From contig JAXGMI010000003.1 in NCBI GenBank assembly GCA_040768745.1, forward strand, positions 202,333 to 266,332: DNA of 64,000 nucleotides, written 5' to 3'. Position numbers and translations under genes: made by a program. Source of the DNA: Desulfomicrobium sp. Its GTDB lineage: Bacteria > Desulfobacterota > Desulfovibrionia > Desulfovibrionales > Desulfomicrobiaceae. The first letter of the stretch is position 1. The number at the start of each line of letters is the position of its first letter. Below the pieces are notes generated by a model. That model was not told the DNA's origin. It saw only the letters and a list, made by a program, of their open reading frames with translations, and searched no databases. Positions 10,231-20,965 of this stretch are shown here, piece after piece.

Positions 10231-11565
10231 ATGCAAGAACAAAGAATGACGATTCTGGCCGTGGATGACAGTCCGGCAACCCTGGAAGTCATCTCGCGTC
10301 ATCTCAACGGAGCCGGCTATCAGATCCATACCTGCGGCAGCGTGGAGGAGGCCGGGGACTTCCTCGATGCCGTGAGCGTCGATCTGGTCATTACAGACTT
10401 CAAGATGCCAAAATCCAGCGGCCTGGACCTGATCAAATACGTGCGCGAGAACTTCAAGGATACGGAAATCATGATGATCACTGGCTATCCGTCCATTTCC
10501 GGAGCCGTGGAGGCCATGCGCGACGGGGCAGGTGAATATCTGGCAAAGCCCTTCACCGGGGAGGAACTCCTCGCCGTGGTGCGGCGGATCCTGGACAAGC
10601 AGGCCAGGCGACGGGCGGTGCACGCCGGAACACAGGAGATTGCCACCCACGGTATCATCGGGGAGTGTCCGGAAATGCGCACGGTCTTCGACCTGATCCG
10701 CAAGGCCTCCCAGACCAGCGCCAACGTCTTCATCTCCGGGGAGTCGGGCACGGGCAAGGAGCTGGTGGCCCGGGCCGTGCACTACAACAGCGACCGCCGA
10801 GCCTCGGCCTTCGTGCCTGTCAACTGCACGGCCATCCCGGACACGCTCCTGGAAAGCGAGCTCTTTGGCCACGTCAAGGGCGCCTTCACTGGCGCCAGGG
10901 ACAGCCGGGCCGGATTTTTCGAGATCGCCAACGGAGGGACCATTTTTCTGGACGAGATCGGGGATGCCAGCCCCAGTCTGCAGGCCAAGCTGCTGCGGGT
11001 CATGCAGAGCAAGGAGTTCTGCATGGTCGGATCGTCGCGGACCCGCACCGTGGATACCCGCATCATTGCGGCCACGCACCAGAATCTGCGCCAGCTGGTC
11101 CAGCAGGGTCTGTTCCGGGAAGATCTCTTCTACCGCATTCATGTCATCGAAATCCGCCTGCCATCCCTGGCTGAGCGTGGGAACGACATCCTGCTCCTGG
11201 CCAATCATTTTCTGAATAAATTCGCTTCGGACATGGGCCGGCCCGCACCGCGCCTGACCGACGAAGCCCTGACGGCCCTTATGCACTACCCCTGGCCGGG
11301 AAACGTGCGGGAACTGGAAAATCTGCTGCAACGGCTTGTCATCATCGGGGAAGGGGATGACATCGACATCACCGACCTGCCGGAAACCATGCGCTTCACC
11401 ATCAGCCGACACCGCTTCGGGGAAAAGACCCTGGCCGAAGTGGAGGCCGAACATATCCGCTGCGTCCTGGCCGGAACAGGGGACAACAAGACCCGCGCCG
11501 CCGAGATCCTGGGTATCGACCGCAAGACCCTGCGCGAAAAGCTCAAGCGCCTGGGGTTGGGCTGA
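10231..11565 (+). CDS. sigma54-dependent response regulator (NtrC family)
   Basis: Receiver, GESGTGKE, GAFTGA, FLDEIG, WPGNVREL, Fis HTH. Confidence 0.95.
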   Translation: MQEQRMTILAVDDSPATLEVISRHLNGAGYQIHTCGSVEEAGDFLDAVSVDLVITDFKMPKSSGLDLIKYVRENFKDTEIMMITGYPSISGAVEAMRDGAGEYLAKPFTGEELLAVVRRILDKQARRRAVHAGTQEIATHGIIGECPEMRTVFDLIRKASQTSANVFISGESGTGKELVARAVHYNSDRRASAFVPVNCTAIPDTLLESELFGHVKGAFTGARDSRAGFFEIANGGTIFLDEIGDASPSLQAKLLRVMQSKEFCMVGSSRTRTVDTRIIAATHQNLRQLVQQGLFREDLFYRIHVIEIRLPSLAERGNDILLLANHFLNKFASDMGRPAPRLTDEALTALMHYPWPGNVRELENLLQRLVIIGEGDDIDITDLPETMRFTISRHRFGEKTLAEVEAEHIRCVLAGTGDNKTRAAEILGIDRKTLREKLKRLGLG

Positions 11566-11697
11566 CCCCACTCCCACACGCTTTTTTATCTGGCTTCACT
11601 CCGACTCAACCCAAAAAACCGTTCATGGGAAGTGATTCGAACCGCGGTCGGGTATACAGGTCCTCCACATCCACGGACGTGGCATATGGGAAAACAA

Positions 11698-11740
11698 GAG
11701 ATCCGATCATGGCTGGACGTGCTGACCATGATCGGATCTC
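11698..11740. terminator. 15-bp inverted repeat between convergent genes
   Basis: GAGATCCGATCATGG-N13-CCATGATCGGATCTC. Confidence 0.5.
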
Positions 11741-11795
11741 CTTCATCCACCGTTGGCGGTCGAATGGGCCGGCCCATGAAAGATCGACCCCCTGA

Positions 11796-13214
11796 TCAAT
11801 ATGCCGAAAGGCCTCCTTTCTCCTCCCAGCCTCCGCCCAGGGCAGCGAAGAGCTCCACCAGGGTGAACTTCCGGGCCAGACGGACGGACAGCAGGTCCTG
11901 GCGGGCCGCAAACAGGGTCCGTTCGGCGTCATGCACCGCAAAAGCGCTTTCGAGTCCCGCCTGATAGCGCTGATCAACCAGGATTCTGCTCTGCCCGGCG
12001 CTGTGCACGCGCCGGGCTTGGGCCTCGACCTGTCCCGCGTACCCCTGATTTTTGGCCAGGGCATCGGCCACTTCCCGGAACGCGTTTTGAATGATTTGCT
12101 CGTACCGGGCAATGCGGATCTTCTGTTCCGCCTTGGCTGCGTCCAGCCTGGCCCTGTTCCGCCCCGCGTCAAAGATGGGCATGGTCACACTTGGCACGAA
12201 AGCCCAGGTCCGTTGGGCCGAGTCAAAGAGATCTGTCAGCTCCAGACTGACCAGGCCGGCCGTGGTGGTCAGACCGATGCGCGGGAAAAAAGCGGCCCTG
12301 GCCGCCCCGATCTCGGCCCCGGCGGCCCAGAGCAGATGTTCTGTTTCCAGAATGTCCGGCCGTCGGGTCAGCAGATCCGAGGGCAGACCAGGGGCGATGG
12401 ATTCCCTGACGGCCACGTCGTCGATGACCTGGGCCGGCAGCTTCAGACCCGATACCGGAACCCCGACCAGGACGGCCAGGGCGTTTTCATCCATGGCCAC
12501 CTGGGCCTTCAGACGGGCGACCTCGGCTTGGGCCACGGCCACGACTTCCTCCGCCTGATGGCGTTCCAGTTCCGTGGCCAGACCGTTGGCCAGCTTGGCC
12601 ATGGTCAGGTCAAGGCTCGCCTGACGGCTTCTGAGGGTATCCCGGGACAAGGCCAGATTCTCGCGATCCCCGGCCAAGGCCAAATACACCCGGGCGATCT
12701 GCGATACCAGACTGATGTGTACCGCCCGTCGGGCTTCTTCCGTGGCCAGATACTGTTCCAGGGCCGACTCCTCCAGGTTCCTCACCCGCCCGAAGAAATC
12801 CAGTTCAAAGGACGTGACCCCCAGACCCACACTCCACTGCCGGTCGATACCCTCGATCCCGCTGCGCAAATCAGCAGGGAACCGGGTCGTCGATGTCCGG
12901 CCCGAAGCGTCCACGTTTGGAATACGGTCGGCGCGGGCGATTCCGAACTGGGCCATGGCCTTGTCCATGGCCAGGGCAGCCTGCCTGAGGCTTCTGTTCT
13001 CGTTCAGGGCAGTGCTGATGAGTTCCTGCAGGGCCGGGTCCAGGAAAACGTCACGCCAGCCCAGTTGCCCCACGTCACTCCCGGTGGCGTTGAATTGGGC
13101 CCGCTCGAGCCAGTCACCAGGCACCGGCATGTCCGGACGCTCCCGCTCAGGGGCCAAACTGGCGCAACCAGTCAGAATCATGAGCATAAGGATCAGAATC
13201 AGTCTTCTTCGCAT
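11796..13214 (-). CDS. RND efflux outer membrane lipoprotein (OprM/NodT family)
   Basis: Lipobox [31 protein letters not shown]. Confidence 0.93.
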   Translation of the reverse strand: MRRRLILILMLMILTGCASLAPERERPDMPVPGDWLERAQFNATGSDVGQLGWRDVFLDPALQELISTALNENRSLRQAALAMDKAMAQFGIARADRIPNVDASGRTSTTRFPADLRSGIEGIDRQWSVGLGVTSFELDFFGRVRNLEESALEQYLATEEARRAVHISLVSQIARVYLALAGDRENLALSRDTLRSRQASLDLTMAKLANGLATELERHQAEEVVAVAQAEVARLKAQVAMDENALAVLVGVPVSGLKLPAQVIDDVAVRESIAPGLPSDLLTRRPDILETEHLLWAAGAEIGAARAAFFPRIGLTTTAGLVSLELTDLFDSAQRTWAFVPSVTMPIFDAGRNRARLDAAKAEQKIRIARYEQIIQNAFREVADALAKNQGYAGQVEAQARRVHSAGQSRILVDQRYQAGLESAFAVHDAERTLFAARQDLLSVRLARKFTLVELFAALGGGWEEKGGLSAY

Positions 13215-16200
13215 GGGTGGCCTCCCGGAATGATGGCTCGGCATGTGGTGTTTTTCGGATTCCTGCGGGAGATGCCCAGCCGGGCCACAATGACAAAGAA
13301 GACCGGAATGAGCAGGGAACCGACGATGGTGGAGGCGATGGTGCCGCCGATGACACCCGTCCCGATGGAGTTCTGCCCTCCGGATCCCGCCCCGGAACTG
13401 AGGGCCAGGGGCAGCACGCCCAGAGCAAAGGCCAGGGAGGTCATGAGAATGGGCCGCAGGCGCTGCCGGGCCGCCTCGACCACGGCCTGCATGAGCTCCA
13501 TGCCGGATTCGGTCAGGCTTTTGGCGAACTCGACGATGAGGATGGCGTTTTTGGCCGCCAAGCCCATGGTCGTCAGCAGTCCGACCTGGAAGTACACGTC
13601 GTTGGTCAGACCGCGCAGGCTGACGGCCGCCAGGGCGCCGAGCACGCCGATGGGTATGACCAGGATGACCGACGCGGGCAGACTCCAGCTTTCGTACAGA
13701 GCCGCCAGACACAAGAAGACCACGACGATGGAGAGCGTGTAGAGCATGAGTGTTTGCGATCCGGCCTGGCGTTCCTGAAAGGACAGGCCGGTCCAGGAAT
13801 AGCCGATGCCCTCGGGTAGCTGTTCGGCCAGACTCTCCATGGTCGCCATGGCCTGGCCCGAGCTCTTGCCCGGAGCTGGCATGCCGAGGATCTGCATGGC
13901 CGGAACGCCGTTGTAGCGTTCCAGACGGGGCGAGCCTGATGTCCAGTGGGCCGTGGCAAAGCTGGACATGGGCACCATCTGGCCTTCACGACCGCGCACG
14001 TGCCAGCGGCCAAGATCCTCCGGCATCATGCGGTAGGGCGCCTCGCCCTGCATGATGACTTTTTTCACGCGGCCCTTGTCCAGAAAATCGTTCACATAGG
14101 AACTGCCCCAGGCCGTGGCGATGACGCTGGTTACGTCGGACACGGCCAGACCCAGGGCGCTGGCCTTGTCCCAGTCGATATCGATGCGGTACTGCGGCGT
14201 GTCGTCCAGGCCGTTGGGCCGGACCATGGCCAGATCTGGATGCTGGCTGGCCATGCCCAGGAGTTGGTTGCGGGCGGCCGTGAGCTTTTCATGGCCCAGG
14301 CCCGCCCTGTCCTGCAGTTCGAAATCGAAACCCTGTGCGTTGCCAAGTTCCAGGACAGCGGGTGGTGAAAACGCGAAAACTTGTGCGTCACGGAACTGTG
14401 AGAATACGGCCATAGCCCGCCCTGCAACGGCTTTGACCCTGAGACCGGGGCTCTTGCGCTGGCTCCAGTCCTTGAGACGAACAAAACACATGGCCGTGTT
14501 CTGGCCGCTGCCTGCAAAACTGAAGCCGGCCACGGCCATGAGTGATTCGATGGCATCCTTTTCACTTTCCAGGAAGTGATGTTCAATGCGCTCCAACACA
14601 TCCAGGGTGCGCTCCTGGGTCGAACCGATGGGCAACTGGACCTGCACGAAGAGGATGCCTTGATCCTCGTCGGGCAAAAATCCCGTGGGCAGGCGCTGAA
14701 AAAGGAAGATCATGCCGCCCAGGATGAGGGCGAACAGAACCAGGGATCGTCCCCAATTCCGGGTCATACCGCCGACCAGTCCCTGATAGCCTTTGGCCGT
14801 GCGGTCAAAACCACGGTTGAACCACCCGAAAAAGCCGCGCTTGCCTTGTCCGGACTTGGCCGGCTTGAGCATGGTCGCGCACAGGGCCGGGGTCAGGATC
14901 AAGGCCACCAGAACCGAAAGCACCATGGCCGAGACGATGGTGATGGAAAACTGCCTGTAAATCACGCCGGTAGAGCCGCCGAAGAAGGCCATGGGCACGA
15001 AGACTGCCGAGAGCACCAGGGCGATGCCCACCAGGGCCCCGGAGATCTGGGTCATGGACAGGTGGGTTGCGTCCCTGGCCGAGAGGCCGTCCTCGTGCAT
15101 GATGCGCTCCACGTTCTCGACCACGACGATGGCGTCGTCCACCAGCAGGCCGATGGCCAGGACCATGGCGAACATGGTCAGGGTGTTGATGGAGAAGCCG
15201 AAGGCCGCCAGCACCCCGAAGGTGCCCAGGAGCACCACGGGCACGGCGATGGTCGGAATGAGGGTGGCGCGCAAGTTCTGCAGGAAGAGGTACATGACCA
15301 GAAAGACCAGGGCCACGGCTTCGAGCAGGGTGCGCACCACCTCCTCGATGGAGATGCGTACGAAGGGTGTGGTGTCGAAGGCAACCACCGCCTTCATGCC
15401 GACCGGGAAGGTCGGACTGATACTTTTAATATAGTTGTCAACGGCTTGCACGGTTTTGAGGGCGTTGGCCCCGGTGGCCAGCTTGATGGCCGTGGCTGCA
15501 GCCGGCTGGCCGCTGAATCGGGACACGACTTGGGAGTTTTCGGCTCCCAGCTCCACCTTGGCCACGTCGCCCAGCCGCACGGTGGATCCGTCTGTGTTCA
15601 CCTTCAGCAGAATGTCCCGGAACTGCTCCGGGGTCTGCAGGCGGTCCTGGACGCTGACCGTGAAGTTGATGCGCTGGTCCTCCACCGAGGGCAGGCCGCC
15701 CAGCTGCCCGGCCGAGACCTGGGCGTTCTGGGCCCTGATGGCCGCGGCCACGTCGGTTGGGGTCAGGCTGTAGGTGTGCAGTTTGTCGGGGTTGAGCCAG
15801 ATGCGCATGGCGTGCTGGGACCCGAACAGGGTGACCTCGCCCACGCCCTCGACGCGACTCAGGCCGTCCAGGACATTGGCGGCCACGTAGTCGGCCAGCT
15901 GCGCCCTGGACATGGACCCGTCCTCGGACACGAAGCCCAGGACCTGCACGAAGTTCTTGACCGCCTTGGTGACCTGCACGCCCTGGGCCTGCACTTCCTG
16001 GGGCAGCAGGGCCATGGCCAGCTGCAGCTTGTTCTGCACCTGGACCTGGGCGATGTCGGGGTTGGTGCCGGCCTTGAAGGTCAGGGTGATGGTGGCCTGG
16101 CCCGAAGATTCGCTGGTCGAGGACATGTAGTCGAGGTTGTCGATGCCCTTCATCTTCTGCTCGATGACCTGGGTCACCGCGTCTTCGAGCGTCTTGGCCG

Positions 16201-16357
16201 ACGCGCCGGGATAGGTCGCGCTGATGGCCACGGACGGCGGGGCGATGGGCGGGTACTGCGAGATGGGCAGGCCGAAGATGGACAGGACGCCGGCCAGCAT
16301 GGTGGTGATGGCCAGAACCCAGGCGAAGACCGGCCGGTTGATGAAAAAATGAGCCAT
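13199..16357 (-). CDS. RND efflux permease (AcrB/MexB family)
   Basis: [39 protein letters not shown]. Confidence 0.96.
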   Translation of the reverse strand: MAHFFINRPVFAWVLAITTMLAGVLSIFGLPISQYPPIAPPSVAISATYPGASAKTLEDAVTQVIEQKMKGIDNLDYMSSTSESSGQATITLTFKAGTNPDIAQVQVQNKLQLAMALLPQEVQAQGVQVTKAVKNFVQVLGFVSEDGSMSRAQLADYVAANVLDGLSRVEGVGEVTLFGSQHAMRIWLNPDKLHTYSLTPTDVAAAIRAQNAQVSAGQLGGLPSVEDQRINFTVSVQDRLQTPEQFRDILLKVNTDGSTVRLGDVAKVELGAENSQVVSRFSGQPAAATAIKLATGANALKTVQAVDNYIKSISPTFPVGMKAVVAFDTTPFVRISIEEVVRTLLEAVALVFLVMYLFLQNLRATLIPTIAVPVVLLGTFGVLAAFGFSINTLTMFAMVLAIGLLVDDAIVVVENVERIMHEDGLSARDATHLSMTQISGALVGIALVLSAVFVPMAFFGGSTGVIYRQFSITIVSAMVLSVLVALILTPALCATMLKPAKSGQGKRGFFGWFNRGFDRTAKGYQGLVGGMTRNWGRSLVLFALILGGMIFLFQRLPTGFLPDEDQGILFVQVQLPIGSTQERTLDVLERIEHHFLESEKDAIESLMAVAGFSFAGSGQNTAMCFVRLKDWSQRKSPGLRVKAVAGRAMAVFSQFRDAQVFAFSPPAVLELGNAQGFDFELQDRAGLGHEKLTAARNQLLGMASQHPDLAMVRPNGLDDTPQYRIDIDWDKASALGLAVSDVTSVIATAWGSSYVNDFLDKGRVKKVIMQGEAPYRMMPEDLGRWHVRGREGQMVPMSSFATAHWTSGSPRLERYNGVPAMQILGMPAPGKSSGQAMATMESLAEQLPEGIGYSWTGLSFQERQAGSQTLMLYTLSIVVVFLCLAALYESWSLPASVILVIPIGVLGALAAVSLRGLTNDVYFQVGLLTTMGLAAKNAILIVEFAKSLTESGMELMQAVVEAARQRLRPILMTSLAFALGVLPLALSSGAGSGGQNSIGTGVIGGTIASTIVGSLLIPVFFVIVARLGISRRNPKNTTCRAIIPGGHPCEED

Positions 16358-16453
16358 GATATCTCCTTCTCTTTCCGGCTGGGGGCGCGGAATCCGTTCC
16401 CGTCCCGGCTGGGCCGGGGCAACGGGGAGCGGGTTCAGTAGCCTGAAGTAAAA

Positions 16454-17602
16454 CTAGTTGGCGGACTGGCGAATACGGACCTGGGTGCCCGGACGGGCCT
16501 TCTGCAGACCCTCGACCACCACGCGGTCGCCGGCGGCCAGGCCCTGACGCACGATCCAGTCACCGCCCACGGCGCGGTCCAGCTGCAGGGGGCGGGCGGC
16601 GATGATATCCCCGGCGTCCACGACCATGGCCATGGCCTGACCCTGGGCGTTGCGGACCACGGCCTGCTGCGGGATGAGCATGGCTGCGGACAGCACACCC
16701 TCCTCGACAATGGCCCGCACGTACATGCCGGGCAGCAGGTCCCGCTTGGGGTTGGGAAAAACGGCCCGCAGGGTTACGGATCCGGTCCCCTGATCCACGC
16801 TGGCCTCGGCCAGCTGCAGGGTGCCATCATGCGCATAGTCCGTGCCGTCCTCGAGGATGAGGCGGACCTTTGTTGCCGACGTCCCGGAGGCCTGTACAGC
16901 TCCGGATTCCAGAGCCCTCTTCAGGCGTAAGAGTTCCACGTTGGATTGGGTCAGGTCGACATAGATGGGGTCGAGCTGCTGTACCGTGGCCAGGGCCTGA
17001 GCCTGATTGGCGGTGACCAGGGCCCCGGGGGTCACGGCTGAACGGCCGATGCGTCCACTGATGGGCGAGACCACCTTGGTCCGCTGCAGATCGATGCGGG
17101 TTGCTTCCAGTTCGGCTTGGGCCGAGGAGACATTGGCCTTGGCCAGGGCCAGGGCGGCCTGGACCTCGTCATGGTCCTGCTGGCTGACGGCTTTGGTCCG
17201 GATCAGTTCGGCATAGCGGACAGCCTTGAGGCGGGCAGGCTCCAGTTCGGCCTTGGCCTTGGCCACCGCGGCCGTGGCCCGGGCCACGGCCACCTCGTAG
17301 GTGTCGGGATCGATCTGGTACAGGAGTTGTCCGCTTTTGACTTCCGTGCCCTCGGCGAAGACCCGCTTCTGGATGATGCCGCCGACCTGGGGCCGGATTT
17401 CAGCCACCTGGTACACAGCCGTGCGTCCAGGCAGTTCAGACGTCAGCCGGACCTCCCGCTCCTGCATGGTCACCACGACCACCTCGGGGACTGGTTTGGC
17501 CGCGGCCGGGGTGGGCTGATCGGCCTGGGATGGTTTGTTCCAGGCCAGATATCCAAGGGAGACGACTGCCAGCACGGCAACGGAGACAAGTATCTTTTTC
17601 AT
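16454..17602 (-). CDS. RND periplasmic adaptor (AcrA/MexA family)
   Basis: AEIRPQVGGII, SPISGRIG, FPNPKRDLLPGMYV. Confidence 0.95.
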   Translation of the reverse strand: MKKILVSVAVLAVVSLGYLAWNKPSQADQPTPAAAKPVPEVVVVTMQEREVRLTSELPGRTAVYQVAEIRPQVGGIIQKRVFAEGTEVKSGQLLYQIDPDTYEVAVARATAAVAKAKAELEPARLKAVRYAELIRTKAVSQQDHDEVQAALALAKANVSSAQAELEATRIDLQRTKVVSPISGRIGRSAVTPGALVTANQAQALATVQQLDPIYVDLTQSNVELLRLKRALESGAVQASGTSATKVRLILEDGTDYAHDGTLQLAEASVDQGTGSVTLRAVFPNPKRDLLPGMYVRAIVEEGVLSAAMLIPQQAVVRNAQGQAMAMVVDAGDIIAARPLQLDRAVGGDWIVRQGLAAGDRVVVEGLQKARPGTQVRIRQSAN

Positions 17603-17666
17603 TCTTTCCTTCCTGCGCTGATTGCTGCGAACGATGTGCGCACAACTTCACTTCTGGTCAAAAAAA

Positions 17667-18263
17667 TCAGGGAGAAACGGCCCGGAGGAACATTTTCCAG
17701 TTGGCCTCGGCCTGGGTCTTGGGGTCTATCATGTCTCCCCTCCGGCTGAAGAGGATGGCAATGGTCAGGAACTGACCCAGAAATTGGATGAAAATCTGGT
17801 CAGCGTCGATGTCACGACGGATTTCCCCGTCCTCCTGCCCTTGCCGGATGATTGCGGAAACCTGCGCCTGGTGCAGCATGTGGTCGGACTGCAATCTCTC
17901 CCGCAGGTGTGGCTCCTCAATCCACAACGAGTCGGAAAGGAGCAGGTTGGGCAATGCCCGATATCGCTGGATGACGCTGACATGCAGATCATAGCAGCGC
18001 CGCAATTTGGTCAACGCCGAACCCGGTTCCTTGATGGCCATGCCTATGGCCTTGGTTTTGACGTCATCCAGCAGATCCAGGACACTGGCCAGGATATCGG
18101 CCTTCCCCCCGGAAAAATGCCTGTACAGAGCCGGGGGTGTCAGGCCAACGGACCTGGCCACGTTCCGCGCGGTGAGAGCGCCGACGCCCTGCTCCGCCAC
18201 CAGTGCGAGAGCTGCCTCGGCAATCTGTTCACGCCGAATTGTCGTTGTCATACGTTTTGCCAT
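17667..18263 (-). CDS. TetR/AcrR-family regulator
   Basis: RREQIAEAA...LTARNVARSVGLTPPALYRHF HTH. Confidence 0.92.
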   Translation of the reverse strand: MAKRMTTTIRREQIAEAALALVAEQGVGALTARNVARSVGLTPPALYRHFSGGKADILASVLDLLDDVKTKAIGMAIKEPGSALTKLRRCYDLHVSVIQRYRALPNLLLSDSLWIEEPHLRERLQSDHMLHQAQVSAIIRQGQEDGEIRRDIDADQIFIQFLGQFLTIAILFSRRGDMIDPKTQAEANWKMFLRAVSP

Positions 18264-18272
18264 GGCGCGCTA

Positions 18273-18288
18273 GTTAACGATCGTTCAC
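18273..18288. promoter_or_regulatory. Probable TetR operator
   Basis: Near-palindrome GTTAACGATCGTTCAC lying in the promoter spacer just upstream of the TetR start. Confidence 0.6.
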
Positions 18289-18494
18289 TTTGTCGTCAAG
18301 ACAATTTATCCACTTTTTCTGCTGGAATTTGCAGGCCTGCCTGCAGGGGATGGCCCGATGTGCTGGTGCGTGGAGTTGGAAAAATGGGAATTCCATTTTT
18401 CCGGGAATGATTTTTGTGGTGCTGTGATCGGAGGCGATGGGGACGGGGAAAAGCCAGGGTTTTCTCTTGCAAGGTCTGAAAAATTCTTTTATTA

Positions 18495-18513
18495 GTTAAG
18501 AATAATTCCTAAT
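18495..18513 (+). promoter_or_regulatory. PerR-box-like operator
   Basis: GTTAAGAATAATTCCTAAT resembles the AGGAAT-N-ATTCCT palindrome; directly upstream of rubrerythrin. Confidence 0.6.
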
Positions 18514-18535
18514 AAATAATAAAAGGAGAACATTG

Positions 18536-19030
18536 ATGAGTAAGACAACCGACAATCTGAAGACTGCCTTTGCCGGAGAATCCCAGGCCAACCGCAAATA
18601 TCTCGCCTTTGCCAGGAAGGCTGAAGAGGACGGGCTGTCCCAGGTTGCCAAACTGTTCCGCGCCGCGGCAGAGGCGGAAACCATCCATGCCCATGCCCAT
18701 TTGCGGCTCATGAAGGGGATCGGTACCACGGCCGAGAACCTGAAAGAGGCCGTGGCCGGGGAAACCTACGAATTCAAATCCATGTATCCGGAAATGATCG
18801 CCGACGCCCAGGCCGAAGGCGAAAAAGCCGCCGAGCGCTATTTCGTCTTTGCCAACAAGGCCGAGGAGTGCCACGCCACCCTGTACGCCAAGGCGGCCAA
18901 GATGCTGGGGGACCTCCCGGCTGTGGACTACTATGTCTGCAGCGTGTGCGGCCATATTCACGAGGGTCAGCCCGCGGACAAATGCCCCATCTGCGGAGCT
19001 GCGCCCAAGGCGTACAACAAGGTGGCCTAG
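18536..19030 (+). CDS. rbr: Rubrerythrin
   Basis: AFAGESQANRKY, EAETIH, EECH diiron motifs; C-terminal CSVCGH...CPICG rubredoxin-like domain. Confidence 0.93.
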   Translation: MSKTTDNLKTAFAGESQANRKYLAFARKAEEDGLSQVAKLFRAAAEAETIHAHAHLRLMKGIGTTAENLKEAVAGETYEFKSMYPEMIADAQAEGEKAAERYFVFANKAEECHATLYAKAAKMLGDLPAVDYYVCSVCGHIHEGQPADKCPICGAAPKAYNKVA

Positions 19031-19062
19031 ATACAGGCCTTTCCTCGGGCATTGGGTTCTGT

Positions 19063-19095
19063 CGCCGCATCCCGGATCCGGGATGCGGCGTTTTT
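19063..19095 (+). terminator. Rho-independent terminator
   Basis: Perfect 28-bp palindrome CGCCGCATCCCGGATCCGGGATGCGGCG + TTTTT. Confidence 0.75.
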
Positions 19096-19126
19096 CATGG
19101 ATCGCCCAGAAAAATGCCCGGCCCGC

Positions 19127-20734
19127 TCAGGTGTGCTGCTCTTTTCTGACCGGAGGGGCGGTGGGTCTTCCCTTGGCCTTGGTGAAGACGAGGCCGCCGT
19201 CCTTGCCTCTGCGGTTGAACATGGAAAGCACCTTCTCCGCCTCCTGGAACGGCAGCGAGACAAAGGCGAACGTCTCCATGATCTGGATGTCCCAGACCTT
19301 GCGGGACGGAATATGACAGTTCTCGTCCAGGAAGGTCAGCAGGCGTTTGGGGGTCAGACCATCCTTGCGTCCCTGGGCCACGAAGAGCCTGGTCTTGCCC
19401 TTCTTGTCCACCACGAAGGCGTCTTCGATCTCCTTGTAGTTGGACTCGTCCAGCTCCTCCTGGAACATGTACTGCAACAGCGCGGCCAGGGTTTCGCGCG
19501 GCTTGCTCTGCTCCAGCAGCTCCTGGGCCATACCCAGAAATTCCAGCTCAGGCTCGGTGGCCACGATGGCCCTGAGTTCCGTCCTGATGCGATCCTTCTT
19601 CATCTTGATGACATCGCTGACCTTGGGCAGACGCGCCTTGCGGATGTCGGTCTTGGCCTGCTTGCTGATGAACTGCAGGCGCCTGTATTCCGACGGCGTG
19701 ATGAAGGTGATGGCGATGCCCTCCTTCCCCGCCCTCCCCGTGCGACCCACGCGGTGCACATAGGATTCCGGATCATGGGGCAGGTCAAAGTTGATGACGT
19801 GGGTCAGGTCATGCACGTCGATGCCCCTGGCGGCCACGTCCGTGGCCACCAGGATGGTCACCAGCCGCTTCTTGAACTTGCCGAGAATTTTTTCGCGCAG
19901 GCTTTGGGAAATGTCCCCGTGCAGGGCGTCGGCGTCATAGCCCCGTTCCATCAGACGCTGGGCCACCGCATCGGCGTCGATCTTGGTCCGGGCGAAGACC
20001 AGCCCGTAGAAGTCCTCTTCCATGTCGATGATCCGGCAAAGGGCCTCGAACTTGTCGCTGGCGGAAACCTCAAAATAGATCTGGTCGGTCTGGTCGGCCG
20101 TGAGCTGCTCGGACACGGCCCGGATGACCTGGTACTCGCCCATGTACTTTTTGGCGATGCGCAGGATCTCGGGCGGCATGGTGGCGGAGAAGAGCATGGT
20201 CCGCTTGTCGGCATTGGTCTGCTCCATGATCTCGCGCACGTCGTCGAGAAACCCCATGTTCAGCATTTCGTCTGCCTCGTCCAGGATCAAAAAGCGAATG
20301 CCTGAAAGATCCAGGCTGCCCCGGCGCAAATGGTCGAGCACCCGGCCCGGAGTGCCCACGACCACGGACACACCCCTTTTGAGGTTGCGGAGCTGGATCT
20401 CCATGGACTGCCCCCCATAGATGGGGGCGATGTGCACGGCCCGCCCGCCGCGCAGGGAATTGACTTCCTCGGCCACCTGGATGGCCAACTCGCGGGTCGG
20501 GGTCAGGACAAGGGCCTGCACGCTGCGCAGGCCTTCATCCAGAAGTTCCAGCAGCGGCAAACCGAAGGCGGCTGTCTTGCCCGTCCCGGTCTGAGCCTGG
20601 GCCACGATGTCATTGACCCCGGCCAATACGGCCGGAATGGTCTTGATCTGAATGGGGGTGGGCTCTTCGAACCCCTTGCGGGACAGAGCCTGGATGGTCA
20701 GGTCGGACAGACCCAAATCGGAAAAACTGGTCAT
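19127..20734 (-). CDS. DEAD-box RNA helicase (DeaD/CshA-like, C-terminal DbpA-type RNA-binding domain)
   Basis: Q motif, AQTGTGKT, PTRELA, DEAD, SAT, HRVGRTGR. Confidence 0.95.
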   Translation of the reverse strand: MTSFSDLGLSDLTIQALSRKGFEEPTPIQIKTIPAVLAGVNDIVAQAQTGTGKTAAFGLPLLELLDEGLRSVQALVLTPTRELAIQVAEEVNSLRGGRAVHIAPIYGGQSMEIQLRNLKRGVSVVVGTPGRVLDHLRRGSLDLSGIRFLILDEADEMLNMGFLDDVREIMEQTNADKRTMLFSATMPPEILRIAKKYMGEYQVIRAVSEQLTADQTDQIYFEVSASDKFEALCRIIDMEEDFYGLVFARTKIDADAVAQRLMERGYDADALHGDISQSLREKILGKFKKRLVTILVATDVAARGIDVHDLTHVINFDLPHDPESYVHRVGRTGRAGKEGIAITFITPSEYRRLQFISKQAKTDIRKARLPKVSDVIKMKKDRIRTELRAIVATEPELEFLGMAQELLEQSKPRETLAALLQYMFQEELDESNYKEIEDAFVVDKKGKTRLFVAQGRKDGLTPKRLLTFLDENCHIPSRKVWDIQIMETFAFVSLPFQEAEKVLSMFNRRGKDGGLVFTKAKGRPTAPPVRKEQHT

Positions 20735-20965
20735 GATGCTTCCTCGCGAGCCGTGGGCCTCGCAGTCAGAATTGCCCGGCTCTGGAACCGGGCCCTCACC
20801 ATGAGGCCGACTGTCCAAGACGGGAGATGCATTTCGGAAAAAACCGGATCTGGGGGCGAAAGCGCGTAAAAGACGGGTCGCAGAGGGGTAAAGCCCTTTG
20901 GGAAATGCCCAGGGCACATACGCGATGAACAGGGGCTTGGCAAGGTCAAAAAAACGGACGAATGG

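Noticed and set aside
11931..16441. Long antisense ORFs (11931-13742, 14576-16441; likewise 29892-31715, 31658-33238)
   Set aside because: Shadow ORFs of high-GC codon usage opposite well-supported genes
20735..20965. Riboswitch or thermosensor in the long deaD leader
   Set aside because: No recognisable aptamer consensus; would need an Infernal/Rfam search
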